From: Candidatus Undinarchaeales archaeon
Lineage (GTDB): Archaea; SpSt-1190; JASMDC01
NCBI GenBank assembly: GCA_030753015.1
Contig: JASMDC010000018.1
Span: forward strand, 1-64,000
Direction of reading: 5' to 3'
DNA length: 64,000 bases
Positions 1 to 10,595 of the stretch are shown piece by piece. The notes beneath the pieces were generated by a model, which was not told the origin of the DNA, made no database searches, and worked only from the letters and a program-made list of their open reading frames with translations. A program made the position numbers and the translations under genes. Within the stretch, counting starts at the first letter, position 1. The number at the start of each line of letters is the position of its first letter.

Positions 1-534
1 ACCATTTCCAAGCACTACTCTGCCGAGGCAAAGAAGCGAAAGAACAAGCTCAAGACGGCCAGCGGAAAGAAGGAGTTCAGGTACACCTTCATGCTCATGG
101 ACCTGGAATCCAGGATGTACATCGCCTACGGCACGAGCTTCAAGAGCGAGCAGAAGGCCTTCCTCGACGCTCTGAAGATGGCTGGCGCCACGGACGTCTC
201 CATCAACAGCCTCAGGGTCGATCGCTACTTCAGCGCACAGGGGACGATCAAGCTCGTCGACGACGCGCTCGGTGACGTGACCATGTACCTCATCCCAAAG
301 ACGAACGCCACGGTCAAGGGACCGTGGAAATGGAAGCGAATGATGTACAGGTACGTCAACGAGACAATCCCCTACCTGCGTGAGTACTACAGACGGTGCC
401 AATCAGAGAGTGGCTTCTCCGAGGACAAGCGAAGGTTTGGATGGACCATCCCGCAGAAAAGAGAAGATAGGATGGACACTGCGAACTTCTGTACGCTTGT
501 GTGGCACAACATGTTCTGGCAAGGGGCCAGATGA
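1..534 (+). mobile_element. DDE transposase, C-terminal part (archaeal ISNCY/IS5-like); 5' end lies outside the window
   Basis: Frame is open from base 1. Contains LRVDRYFS (second Asp) and YYRRCQSESGFSEDKRRFG (Y..R...E..FS..K signature around the catalytic Glu), ending in ...WHN. The sequence just after the stop (~535-550) may be the right end of the element. Confidence 0.75.
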
Positions 535-654
535 ATTTTGTCCCACAGCCGGAGGGGACCACAGTGACACGCAATGTCATGACCGGTCGCGGTATCCGGC
601 TTATAAGTGTTTTCTTTAATCGTTGGGGTTCCCTGGAGAAGGGACGCGAGGAGG

Positions 655-3600
655 TTATTCCTCCTCCTTGTCCTCTTCTTCCTCGTTATCTTTGTCTTCT
701 TTTTTTCCTTCCCCCTCGGTCTCCTTGGCATCCGATTTCTTGTCACTCTTCTTTGCCTTCGATGACTTCTTCTTCTTCTCGACCTTCACAGGGGATTTGA
801 TCTTGGTGACGACCTCGTCCGCATCCTCTTCGACCGAGATGACCTCGCCGTGACCGAAGGCCTCCTCAAGACGCCCCTGCTCGACCGCGCTCACAGAGGA
901 CGTACCACCGGTGGTTATGCCGGTCTTCACCATGGCAACGAGCACGACGACGGCCATGAGGACAAGGAGCAGCCCGCGCAGGTCCTTGCTCGACAGACCG
1001 AAGGGGAGCTCGGACTTGGGCCCGGTCTCAGCGGGCTTGTCAGCAGGTACTCCCTCGACAGGTTCGACCGCGCCAGTGGGCTGGTCAGAGCTGGCCTCGA
1101 TGCGCTCCACCATTGCCTGTTTGGTCTCCTCGGTACTGCCTGTACCCTCCTCAGATGCCATCTCCTGCTCGATCGTGTTGACCTCGACCTCCTCGACGGC
1201 CACCTTGACTGCAGCGGTCTCGGTGTCGGCAACAGCCTCAAGGTTCACCTTCTTCTTCGTGGAGAAGCTGAGCTTCTTCTCTTCCTCTTCCTCGAGCATT
1301 GATAGGTCCCATCCCACGATGGGATCGTCCTCGATGATGGTCACAGCACCAGCGAACACGAGCTCGGATGCGCTCTCGGCGATCTCCTTGGGGATGGACT
1401 GGATGATGGTGACGCCGGTGAGGTTCTTGTCCTTGAGGTTCTTTACTGAGATGGTGAACACGCTGACGTTCTCCGTGGTATCGCCATCTTCGACCTCCAG
1501 CACCTCGGCCTCGAGAGTGATGTTGATCTCTCCCTCTTCGACCTCTATGGTCTCGTTGGCGATCTCATCGGCAGTATCGTCGGTGACGTTGTCACCCTCG
1601 TCGACGGCACGGTTCTTGACGAATTTGGAGACGTGATTTGCTAGATTCTTGCGCTCGACCTTCTTCCTGACCGTTATCACCTTCTTCTCGAGCACCCTGA
1701 CCTTCATCTCTAGCTCCTTGAGCTCGGACAGCTGCTTCTCCAGGTCCTCAAGGGCCTGCTTCGCGTCATCGACCCGCTGGTTGTTGATGGCGCGGCGCGA
1801 GTCGGAGATGGCCTTGTGGAAGCGCTCTTTCTTCTTATCGTCCAGGGCACTAGCGACTAGGATCCTGCGGGCCATGTCATTGTCCTCGGCCTGGACCTTC
1901 TTGAGCATGTCGAGCATCTTCTTCTTCATACCTTGGGAGTCCAGACACGAACGCAGGCAGACCTTGAGGCCGTCCTTCCCGAGTTCGGGGGTGCACTTCC
2001 TGCACTCAAGGCACTTGTCCACGCACTCCGGGTCGCCGTCGGCGCAGGTCTCTTCGCACGCATCCTTCATCGTTCCCCGGCGCTCGTTGACGCACTCCTC
2101 GGCACAGGTATCATCGGGGTCCACCACGCACTTTCGGCAATCACGGCAGATGGGATTGCAGACGTCCTTCTCGCCGAAGGGATCGCAGATGTCGTCGCAC
2201 CGCTTGGCGAAAATCTTGAGCTTGTCCTTGGCGCAGTTTTTCAGGCACTTGTTGGCATCCTTCATGAACAAACACTTGTTGCATGAACCGCACACTAGGT
2301 TGCAGGTCTCCGGGTCCTTCGACCTCGAGCACCGCTTGTCGCACAGGTCGGACATACCGATGCCTGTCTCGGCCTCGACGCACTCGGTAAGACAGGGCCA
2401 CGGGGGCGACTTGTCCGTGCAGTCCGGGCATGACATGCAGGCGAAGGAGCAGATCTCGGGCTCGGTCACACGGCCGCAGAACGTGTCACATTGACGGGTG
2501 TTGTCCGGAGCCCTCGCGACACACGTGTCGTCCCGGCAGGTCATATCCTCGGGGCACCCACAGTCCTTGCAGCAGGTCTCCGAGGTCTCGTTCTCCTGGC
2601 ACTTGCCATCGCCGCACTGCGGACCCTCTTCATCGGGGGGACTGACGCGGCAGAACGGGCGCCGGACTCCTCTATCAGCGATGCAGTTGTTCTCGCTGTC
2701 CGGATCGACCCATTCGTTCTCAAGTGTCTTGAAGCCCCGCGGGCACCTGCCTTGCATTGGTACCATGCAGGCACCACCGGCGCTCGCCTCCTCGGGCTGG
2801 CAGCAGATCATCCTGCTGGGGAGCTCTCCCCCCTCACCGGGCACGGGCTGCTCGCCCGTCTGTTGCTTGAGCTCCTCGGAACACCTGAGATCGGGCCTCA
2901 CGATAATAACGAGAACGTTACCATCGCTAAATCCGTCCTTGAGCGCTTGTACCTTATTGAGACCGACGCGCTGTTCATCTGTGACCTCACGGCCGTCCTC
3001 ATCGTGGAACGTGTCCGCTTTGAATAGGAGCTCGCGCATCCGGATCCCCGTGTCGGCCTCGACGACGGCGACCGTTCCGCCGTCCTTGAGGTCCAGGTAC
3101 CGCACCCTGCGGTTGCACACGAGCGTCCACTGACCTCGCTCAAGCTTGGTGATGAACCGACCGTCGTCCAGGATCTCGATGTCCGCGACGATGGCATCGT
3201 CGTCGCCGGGTCCTTCGGTCGGCTCCTCGCCAGGCCCTCCCGCGAGGGCCGAGAGGGGGTACGGCTTGCAGTCAGTCCGGATCAACGCAGCGAGTACGGC
3301 CCAGTTCCGCGCTATGAGTGGTTTGTCCTCCCCGTCATCAGGTTTGGGGACAAGGAGCGAGACCGTGTCGAAGTGCTTGACGAATCCGTGCAGGGTTCCT
3401 TCGAGCGCCTTGTCTACATTGATACGCACTTCCTCGCTCTTCCCATCGGGCCACACGGCCTTGATTCTCAGCACGCGCTCTTCAGGTTTGATGGCGAGTG
3501 CCTCGAACTGCATCCCGCACACATCGACGGGTTCGTTGAGCTTGAGCAGGATAGGGCGGCCGACGAAGCCGCCTTCCATGGGGCGGTCCCGGAACGCGTA

Positions 3601-5229
3601 GGACGGGGGCTCTGGTAGGTCGGACTCATCAGATCCAAAGGGATCCTCGCTCTCCCCGCACAGGGGGTCACACTCCTTCTGGCACTCATACGGGGGCCGG
3701 TTCTGCTCGAACTCGCACTTCCATTTGCAGGTACCGCAGCGGTCGTAGAGGGGGGGTTTTGGAGGTGGCCTATCGCCCGCGCCACCTTCACAGATGGGTC
3801 GACATCGGTCCTTGCACCTGAATTCCGAGTTCCCCTCCACTTCTGTACACTGGTAGAAGCAATCCCCGCATTCATCGTCTTGTGGCCGCTCCTTGCCGCC
3901 CTCACAGATCGGCTGGCACCGGTCCTTGCATCTGAATTCTGAGTTCCCCTCCACGTCGATGCACTGGTAGAAGCACTTGTCACACTCGTTGCCCGGTGGC
4001 GGCTCCTTCCCGCCCTCACAATCCGGCTGGCATCGGTCCTTGCACCTGAAATCCGAGTTCCCTTCTACCTCTGTGCACTGGTAGAAGCACTTGTCGCACT
4101 CGTTGTCAAAGAGGGGCTCACCGTTACACTGGGGATTACATATCTTATCGCACTCGTAGGACGGCCTGTTCTGCACAACTTCGCACTCGTACTCGCACTT
4201 TCCGCAGGGCGTCGACGTGTCGAAGTCACCTGTGTCGGTGTCCCCTCCACTGCAGTCGTACTCGCAGAATCCCTCGCACTCGGTCGTCGGTCGTCCCATT
4301 TCGTACTTGCATTTGTCCATACAGTTGTCGCACTGGTCACCTGAAGATGTGTAGGTCGTCGAGGGGTTCAGTGTGGGGGTGGGCTCCTCGGCGGTACCAC
4401 TGCAGTCGTACTCGCAGAATCCCTCGCACTCCGTGCTTGAGCGGTGCATCTCGTACTTGCACTTGTCAATGCAATGCTGGCACTGGTCGTTCGAGCTGGG
4501 CTGGTAAGTATCGGTCTCGGTGCCCGAGGCGGTCTCCGAGTCGCACGCAGATCTGCACTGGCTGTCGCACTCGGAATCGGACCGCTTGTCCTCGAACTTG
4601 CACTCCCAGTGGCAGTTCCCACAGATTTGGTCGGAGGGGGGCCTGGGCGGGATGTAGTCGCCGGTGCTCGTTCCACTACCGTCCGTGGGACACTCGGGCG
4701 GGTTGGGCGCCCCGGGTCCAGGGTGTATGCAGTTGGAAGGATTATCCGGATCGACCCACTCGTCCGGCAGGTCCTCGAACATCGGCGGGCATGGTTGATC
4801 AAGGGCGATGGCGCATGCGTCCATGCCCTGTGTGGACTCACAGCACTTGTAGCCGCTGTCACCGCCACCACCGCCGCTGGTGCTATCGGGTCCACACTGT
4901 CCGTCGCTCTTGCAGACGTCACCGGAGGGACAGCCGCAGTCATGGGCGCAGGTGTTACAGTCCTCGCCGTCGGTCGCGAGGCATGTACCATCACCGCAAT
5001 GACTTATGGGGGGCCCGCCCTCGCCCCAGCATCCGCGCGCGTCGGCGTCGGCGTGCGAAGGATCGCAGTGGGGGAAATCGGGCAGATCGCAGGGACAGAT
5101 ATTTGGTTTGGTCTTGCAGTTCTCACCAGCTGCATAGTCACAGTCCAGTGCTATGCCGGGGGTGATGAGCAACACCAGAATGATTGAGATGATCGCATAT
5201 GCCTTCGCCTTCATGAGAATGGCCTCCAA
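655..5229 (-). CDS. Very large cysteine-rich, membrane-anchored surface protein (1524 aa)
   Basis: N-terminal signal peptide, several Cys-rich repeat types, a coiled coil, a beta-rich IPKEIA...IIEDDPIVGW domain, a C-terminal TM helix (GLLLVLMAVVVLVAMV) and a K/E-rich tail. Confidence 0.85.
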   Translation of the reverse strand: MEAILMKAKAYAIISIILVLLITPGIALDCDYAAGENCKTKPNICPCDLPDFPHCDPSHADADARGCWGEGGPPISHCGDGTCLATDGEDCNTCAHDCGCPSGDVCKSDGQCGPDSTSGGGGGDSGYKCCESTQGMDACAIALDQPCPPMFEDLPDEWVDPDNPSNCIHPGPGAPNPPECPTDGSGTSTGDYIPPRPPSDQICGNCHWECKFEDKRSDSECDSQCRSACDSETASGTETDTYQPSSNDQCQHCIDKCKYEMHRSSTECEGFCEYDCSGTAEEPTPTLNPSTTYTSSGDQCDNCMDKCKYEMGRPTTECEGFCEYDCSGGDTDTGDFDTSTPCGKCEYECEVVQNRPSYECDKICNPQCNGEPLFDNECDKCFYQCTEVEGNSDFRCKDRCQPDCEGGKEPPPGNECDKCFYQCIDVEGNSEFRCKDRCQPICEGGKERPQDDECGDCFYQCTEVEGNSEFRCKDRCRPICEGGAGDRPPPKPPLYDRCGTCKWKCEFEQNRPPYECQKECDPLCGESEDPFGSDESDLPEPPSYAFRDRPMEGGFVGRPILLKLNEPVDVCGMQFEALAIKPEERVLRIKAVWPDGKSEEVRINVDKALEGTLHGFVKHFDTVSLLVPKPDDGEDKPLIARNWAVLAALIRTDCKPYPLSALAGGPGEEPTEGPGDDDAIVADIEILDDGRFITKLERGQWTLVCNRRVRYLDLKDGGTVAVVEADTGIRMRELLFKADTFHDEDGREVTDEQRVGLNKVQALKDGFSDGNVLVIIVRPDLRCSEELKQQTGEQPVPGEGGELPSRMICCQPEEASAGGACMVPMQGRCPRGFKTLENEWVDPDSENNCIADRGVRRPFCRVSPPDEEGPQCGDGKCQENETSETCCKDCGCPEDMTCRDDTCVARAPDNTRQCDTFCGRVTEPEICSFACMSCPDCTDKSPPWPCLTECVEAETGIGMSDLCDKRCSRSKDPETCNLVCGSCNKCLFMKDANKCLKNCAKDKLKIFAKRCDDICDPFGEKDVCNPICRDCRKCVVDPDDTCAEECVNERRGTMKDACEETCADGDPECVDKCLECRKCTPELGKDGLKVCLRSCLDSQGMKKKMLDMLKKVQAEDNDMARRILVASALDDKKKERFHKAISDSRRAINNQRVDDAKQALEDLEKQLSELKELEMKVRVLEKKVITVRKKVERKNLANHVSKFVKNRAVDEGDNVTDDTADEIANETIEVEEGEINITLEAEVLEVEDGDTTENVSVFTISVKNLKDKNLTGVTIIQSIPKEIAESASELVFAGAVTIIEDDPIVGWDLSMLEEEEEKKLSFSTKKKVNLEAVADTETAAVKVAVEEVEVNTIEQEMASEEGTGSTEETKQAMVERIEASSDQPTGAVEPVEGVPADKPAETGPKSELPFGLSSKDLRGLLLVLMAVVVLVAMVKTGITTGGTSSVSAVEQGRLEEAFGHGEVISVEEDADEVVTKIKSPVKVEKKKKSSKAKKSDKKSDAKETEGEGKKEDKDNEEEEDKEEE
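3655..4632 (-). repeat. Eight intragenic CxxCxxxC-x10-CxxxCxxxC repeats
   Basis: For example NECDKCFYQCTEVEGNSDFRCKDRCQPDC occurs as three near-copies with a ~114-bp period. A 35-bp exact duplication lies at 4247-4281 and 4397-4431. Confidence 0.9.
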
Positions 5230-5278
5230 AACCGTTGAGAGCGTACGATTTATAGCTCTTTATCAGGCGGAGGTGTGG

Positions 5279-5295
5279 ATACCTTATTAAGGTAT
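5279..5295. promoter_or_regulatory. Perfect palindrome ATACCTTA-T-TAAGGTAT in the divergent promoter region
   Basis: 8-bp arms with a 1-nt spacer. The core CCTTATTAAGG recurs at 46923-46933. Confidence 0.45.
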
Positions 5296-5421
5296 TGTAA
5301 TAGGATACGAACAATCGGGCCCCGCGGGTCCATGATGAACGTTATCCCGGCTCGCCGGAACCCTGCGTTCTGACCAACAGTTATAAAGCCGAAGGGACGT
5401 ATCCGAGAACGGTCCGTCACC

Positions 5422-6450
5422 GTGTTCCTGCGCAACGCCCTCAAGACGGCATCGGCCATCCTACGACTGCGCCTCCTGGGTACCAGAACACCGCTGTCGG
5501 TCATCCTCAGCGTCACCAACCGGTGCAACTTCGACTGCGCCTACTGCCCCGTCAGGTCCCACACCATGCCCGAGATGTCCACCGGCGAGCTGCTCGGACT
5601 CATCGACGAGATGGCGGACGCCGGTACCCAACGGGTGGGACTGATGGGTGGCGAGCCGATGATGCGCGACGACATCGGTGAGGTCATCGCCCGGTGCAAG
5701 CGGCGGGGGATGTTCGTCACCATGGGCACCAACGGTTCCATGCTAACCGAGGACGACAACCTGGACAAGGTGCGCGGCGTGGACGCGCTAGTGTTCTCCA
5801 TCGACGGGCCGTCGGCCCACGACCGCTACCGGCACGAGGGATCCTACCAGCTCGTCCTCGACGCCATGAAGCTCGCTCGTCGCAATGGCATCGAGGTCTG
5901 GAACACCGCGGTGCTCACGGACCTCTCCGTGGGTGACATCGACATCCTCCTGGACCTCTCCGAGGAGCATGGTTTCGCAACCAACTTCTCACCCCTCATG
6001 CACTCCGAGGTGTGTGCCGACGACCGCCGTCACCCATCCCTCGACAGGGAAGGGTACATCCGGGCCGTGGACAGGCTCATCGAGGAGAAGCGCAGGGGGA
6101 GGCCCATCATCAACTCTCTGTCGTACCTCAGGTACATCAGGGAGTGGCCGGACCTCTCCGAGACCCTGCACCTCGGCGACACCCCCAAGGGCGCCCCCCG
6201 CCTGCCGTGCTACGCCAGCAGACTCTTCTGCTATGTCGAATGCAACGGCGACGTCTATCCCTGTAACACGCTAATCGGTCGGTACCAGCCGCCGAACGCC
6301 TTGGCCACGGGGTTCCGTACCGCCTTCGAGTCGCTCGGCGAACGCCCCTGCACCGCCTGCTACTCCTTCGGCTACACCGAGCTCAACCTCGTTTTCGGCC
6401 TCCGATATGATGCGGTGCTCAACGCCCTCAGTCTCGCCCGTAAGCGGTGA
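5422..6450 (+). CDS. Radical SAM protein with C-terminal SPASM/twitch-like Cys cluster
   Basis: CNFDCAYC, GGEP, TNG and FSIDG motifs; C-terminal CYAS...NGDVYPC...CTAC. Confidence 0.9.
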   Translation: MFLRNALKTASAILRLRLLGTRTPLSVILSVTNRCNFDCAYCPVRSHTMPEMSTGELLGLIDEMADAGTQRVGLMGGEPMMRDDIGEVIARCKRRGMFVTMGTNGSMLTEDDNLDKVRGVDALVFSIDGPSAHDRYRHEGSYQLVLDAMKLARRNGIEVWNTAVLTDLSVGDIDILLDLSEEHGFATNFSPLMHSEVCADDRRHPSLDREGYIRAVDRLIEEKRRGRPIINSLSYLRYIREWPDLSETLHLGDTPKGAPRLPCYASRLFCYVECNGDVYPCNTLIGRYQPPNALATGFRTAFESLGERPCTACYSFGYTELNLVFGLRYDAVLNALSLARKR

Positions 6451-6760
6451 GCGGGCGCTGGGGCGCACTCACACGACGAGTGCGACGATGAGCTACAGTA
6501 CAAGCTCACGGAAGCAGGTGGATTCCCTGACCAGCTCCGGCGACGCGGCGGTCCGCGCTCATGCTCCAGCTCGAAGGACGCATGCATCTCCTTGACCGCG
6601 TCGGTATCCGGCAGCTGGACCTGTTCGTAGAGGTACACGCACTCACAGCGGGTTAGCGGGCCGGAGACGTTCCGGTGCACGCGGGCCTCGGCCTCGGGAC
6701 GGGCCACGGACACCTCGCCGGCCCACCCCCACTAGGTTTATATTTCTGGTCCCGTCATCC

Positions 6761-8110
6761 GTGACCATGTCCTATTCCAAGACGACCAAGGGGTTGCTTG
6801 ACGCGGCCTCCGTCCGTCCAGGGGACCGTATCCGGATCACCAGTGGATCGGTCGTTGTGGAGGGCCTCCTCCTCCCACGCATCGAGCTCGGGGACACCGC
6901 TGCCCTCACCCTGAAGCTCGATAACGGCTATAATATCGGTCTGAGGCCCGACAGCGACTCGACCGTCGAGCGCATGGACCGTCGACAGGAGCTGGAGCAG
7001 TTCCCGACCCGCGACTTCCCCCGCCGGGACGACCTTCCTGCCATCTCTCTCATCGCCACGGGGGGCACCATCGCCTCCCGCGTTTCCTACCGGACGGGCG
7101 CCGTGCACATGCTCATGAAGCCGGAGGAGGTGTTCTACTCCGTGCCCGAGCTTGCTGATGTGGTCACGTTCAGGAACGTTCTCTCGCCCTTCACCATCGC
7201 CAGCGAGGACATGACCTTCCGCGAGTACCAGCAGCTGGCCGAGGCCGTGGCGAGCGAGCTAAACGATGGCGCTCTCGGTGCCGTGCTCACCCATGGCACC
7301 GACACCCTCCACTACACCGCAGCAGCGCTCTCATTCATGCTCAGGGACCTGCGGAAACCGGTCTGCCTGGTGGGAGCTCAGCGCTCCGCCGACCGTGGAT
7401 CCTTCGATGGTCCCATCAACCTCGTCTGCGCATCACGGATCGCTGCCACGTCGGACATCGCAGGCGTCACCTTGGTCATGCACGGTGAGAGCGACGACTC
7501 GTACTGCCTGGTAACACGGGGGACAAAGGTGCGCAAGCTCCACACCTCCCGTCGGGACGCCTTCAGACCGGTCAATGCTCCGCCGATCGCCAAGGCCTGG
7601 CCTGACGGCCGTATCGAGGTGCTCGATAATGCGTATATCAAGCGCGACGATGCGACGACGGTCACGGCTGACACCGCTATGGAGGAGAAGGTGGCCTTGC
7701 TCAAGGTCTGTCCGAACCAGGATCCTGGGATCCTCCATCATTACATAGACAAAGGCTTCAGAGGGATCGTAGTGGAGGCGACCGGTCTGGGCCATGTCCC
7801 CACCCAGACACTGAACAAGGAAAAGTCATGGCTCCCTGCCATCGAGCGTGCCCGTGACGAGGGCATAATCGTGTGCTTCGCTCCCCAGTGCATGTACGGA
7901 CGCCTCGATCCCTATGTGTACGAGAACGCCCGCCTCATGCTCGAGCGGGGCGTGACCTTCCTTGAGGACATGCTCCCCGAGACCGCTTACATCAAGCTGG
8001 CGTGGGTGCTCGGGCACACATCCGATGTCGCCGAGGCACAACGGATGATGCTCGATAACATCGCGGGAGAAGTGTCACCGGGATCGGACCCGGCGACGTT
8101 CAGGTACTAG
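6761..8110 (+). CDS. gatD: Glutamyl-tRNA(Gln) amidotransferase subunit D
   Basis: N-terminal LKLDNGYNIG domain; asparaginase motifs TGGTIAS, HGTDT and KLHTSRRDAF; adjacent to gatE. Confidence 0.96.
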   Translation: MTMSYSKTTKGLLDAASVRPGDRIRITSGSVVVEGLLLPRIELGDTAALTLKLDNGYNIGLRPDSDSTVERMDRRQELEQFPTRDFPRRDDLPAISLIATGGTIASRVSYRTGAVHMLMKPEEVFYSVPELADVVTFRNVLSPFTIASEDMTFREYQQLAEAVASELNDGALGAVLTHGTDTLHYTAAALSFMLRDLRKPVCLVGAQRSADRGSFDGPINLVCASRIAATSDIAGVTLVMHGESDDSYCLVTRGTKVRKLHTSRRDAFRPVNAPPIAKAWPDGRIEVLDNAYIKRDDATTVTADTAMEEKVALLKVCPNQDPGILHHYIDKGFRGIVVEATGLGHVPTQTLNKEKSWLPAIERARDEGIIVCFAPQCMYGRLDPYVYENARLMLERGVTFLEDMLPETAYIKLAWVLGHTSDVAEAQRMMLDNIAGEVSPGSDPATFRY

Positions 8111-8113
8111 GAG

Positions 8114-10018
8114 GTGGACATGATGGTCGAGAAGACGCAGGACCGATACCAGAAGCTCGGGTTCAAGTGCGGGCTGGAGTTCCACCAGGAGCTGGAGACG
8201 GGCAAGCTCTTCTGTCCGTGCTCGAGCGCTCTCACCGAGGGAGCTGAAACCCGGGCGGTGGTACGCAAGCTGCGCGCCGTCGCAGGTGAGCTCGGCGAGG
8301 TGGATCCCGCTGCACAGTACGAGATGTTCCGCGACAGGGAGTTCCACTACCACCTCTACGAGGGAGAAGCCTGCCTCGTGGAGCTTGACGAGGAGCCTCC
8401 GCATCAGATTAATCCCCGAGCGTTCCATGTCGGGCTCGTTGTAGCTCGCATGTTCGGCCTCAAGGTCCCTGACGAGCTCTTCGTAATGCGAAAGAGCGTT
8501 GTCGATGGGAGCAACACCTCTGGATTCCAGCGCACCTGCCAGATAGGCATCCAGACCGAGGGATCAGTGCTCGAGACCACCAAGGTACCCGTCCGCATCG
8601 AGTCCCTCTTCATCGAAGAGGAGGCGGCCAAGATCGATAACAAGCGGTCCAAGGGCCGGACGAGGCACTTCAGCCTCTCGCGTCTCTCCATCCCGCTCGT
8701 GGAGCTGGGTACATGCCCCGACATCGTGGATCCCGAGCACGCACGGGAGGTCGCAGAGACCATAGGGCTCATGCTCCGAGCGACCGGTGCCATGAAACGT
8801 GGCATTGGGACAATCCGGCAGGACGTGAACATATCCATCTTCGGAGGGGCGCGTATCGAGGTCAAAGGATGGCAGGACCTGCGCTCCCTCTCCAAGCTCG
8901 TGGAGAACGAGACCACACGACAGGAGTCCCTGCTCAAGCTCATGGACGAGCTGAAGGCCGCTGGGCTCGACAAGATACCCGGCGATGTTCTGGACGTCAC
9001 CGAAACGTTCGCGAACGTGAAGACGAAGTTCCTGGCAAAGCTCATCAAGGACGGTGGTCGCGTCGTGGCGACCCGACTCCCCGGATTCGATGGTAGGCTG
9101 AAGAAGGAGGTATGCACCGGACGCACACTCGGTCGGGAGTTGGCCGATTACGCCGTTGCGGTAGGGGTCGGTGGCATCATCCATTCCGACGAGGATCTGA
9201 AGAAGTACGGCCTCGTCAAGGAGTTCTCCACCCTTCGCTCATCCCTTTCTGCTAGCGAGAGCGACCTGGTGCTCATCGCCGCGGGCCCCGATGTCGTCGC
9301 CCGCAAGGCAGTGGACGCGGTCGTCGAGCGTGCCCGTTACCTTCTGGTGGGCATCCCCGAGGAGACCCGGGCACCTAACTACGATGACGCCACGACATCC
9401 TATGCTCGCCCCCTCCCGGGGGCCAAGCGGATGTACCCTGAGACGGACCTGCCACCCCTTGCGGTCACAGAACTGATGTTACAGGAAGCGGAGGACGACC
9501 TTCCCGAGACCCCGGTCCAGCGAAAGAAGCGCTATCTGGGGATTGGGCTGTCCGACGACCTCGCCGGGCAGCTCATCCGCTCGCGACACATGTTCCTCTT
9601 CGACAAGGCCGTGGAGCGTTTTGACATCAATCCCACCGTGGCCGCGTCGATCCTCACGACCATCGTGGTCGAGGTCCGGCGTAAGGACGGGGTGGACACG
9701 GACGAGATCGATGAGGATGGCTTCATGGAGCTCTTCGACATGCTCGCCGAAGGGAAGCTCGCAAAGGAGGCGATACCACGGGCGCTTGTCTGCTTGGCGA
9801 AGGGTGAGCCCATCGAAGTGGAAAACGTCTCCGGAGGCGAGCTTGATACAATCGTCGACCGTATCTTCACCGAGAAGGCAGGCATTATTGAGGCAAAGGG
9901 GGAGCGCGCGTTCGCCCCGCTCATGGGCCTTGCCATGAAGGAGGTACGAGGGAAGGTCGATGGCAAGCTCGTCGCCCAGGCGATACGTCAACGCCTCCAG
10001 GCTGCCCTGAAGGGCTAG
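8114..10018 (+). CDS. gatE: Glutamyl-tRNA(Gln) amidotransferase subunit E
   Basis: GLEFHQ, KLFCPC, DGSNTSGFQRT, RGIGTIRQDVNISI and RPLPGAKRMYPETD. The start may be the ATG at 8120. Confidence 0.97.
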   Translation: MDMMVEKTQDRYQKLGFKCGLEFHQELETGKLFCPCSSALTEGAETRAVVRKLRAVAGELGEVDPAAQYEMFRDREFHYHLYEGEACLVELDEEPPHQINPRAFHVGLVVARMFGLKVPDELFVMRKSVVDGSNTSGFQRTCQIGIQTEGSVLETTKVPVRIESLFIEEEAAKIDNKRSKGRTRHFSLSRLSIPLVELGTCPDIVDPEHAREVAETIGLMLRATGAMKRGIGTIRQDVNISIFGGARIEVKGWQDLRSLSKLVENETTRQESLLKLMDELKAAGLDKIPGDVLDVTETFANVKTKFLAKLIKDGGRVVATRLPGFDGRLKKEVCTGRTLGRELADYAVAVGVGGIIHSDEDLKKYGLVKEFSTLRSSLSASESDLVLIAAGPDVVARKAVDAVVERARYLLVGIPEETRAPNYDDATTSYARPLPGAKRMYPETDLPPLAVTELMLQEAEDDLPETPVQRKKRYLGIGLSDDLAGQLIRSRHMFLFDKAVERFDINPTVAASILTTIVVEVRRKDGVDTDEIDEDGFMELFDMLAEGKLAKEAIPRALVCLAKGEPIEVENVSGGELDTIVDRIFTEKAGIIEAKGERAFAPLMGLAMKEVRGKVDGKLVAQAIRQRLQAALKG

Positions 10019-10077
10019 TTTGATCCCCGCACCCCCAGAAAGCTATATAATCCGACAGTGCCTAGGTACTAATAAGG

Positions 10078-10590
10078 ATGATGCGGCGGCGGATGATATA
10101 CGGCACACGCGCTCAAGCGCCGGTCATAGGTGCGCTCCTCATGACGTTCATCTCCATCATGGTGTTCGGGGTGCTGTATAACGCCTATAATTACCTGGGC
10201 CAACTCATCGCTCGAGAGTGGAGCAATAAGCAGGAGGACATCGTTCGGGAGCGGGACCTGGACATCGTGTGGATCGGTCCGGGTCACGACAACAAGCTCT
10301 CAATCTATCTTAAGAACCTCAGCGAGAACGATCTCACTGACCTCACCATCGATGTGGGAGGGGATCTGGAGAGCGTCAAACGTATCGATACGGGGCAGGT
10401 CCTGGAACGTGGTGTAACCAAGTCCATCCCACTGTGCGACAAGGAAGGGTGGTGCCTGGAGCTAGAGCCGGGCAAGCACATCATACACGTGAGCTCCGCC
10501 CAAGGTGTGGAGTACAGGGAGGACCTTGTTCTTGACCTGGTGAACCTCAACCTCACGGACCTGACGGTGGAGACCAAGACCACGACCTGA
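10078..10590 (+). CDS. Putative archaeal type IV pilin-like protein
   Basis: Class III signal peptide RA/QAPVIGALLMTFISIMVFGVLY followed by a small beta domain (IYLKNLS) with a Cys pair. Confidence 0.7.
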   Translation: MMRRRMIYGTRAQAPVIGALLMTFISIMVFGVLYNAYNYLGQLIAREWSNKQEDIVRERDLDIVWIGPGHDNKLSIYLKNLSENDLTDLTIDVGGDLESVKRIDTGQVLERGVTKSIPLCDKEGWCLELEPGKHIIHVSSAQGVEYREDLVLDLVNLNLTDLTVETKTTT

Positions 10591-10595
10591 TCGGT

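Noticed and set aside
6372-6713. 113-aa minus-strand ORF between the rSAM gene and gatD
   Set aside because: No recognisable motif, and it overlaps the rSAM 3' end. A small protein cannot be excluded but is unsupported.
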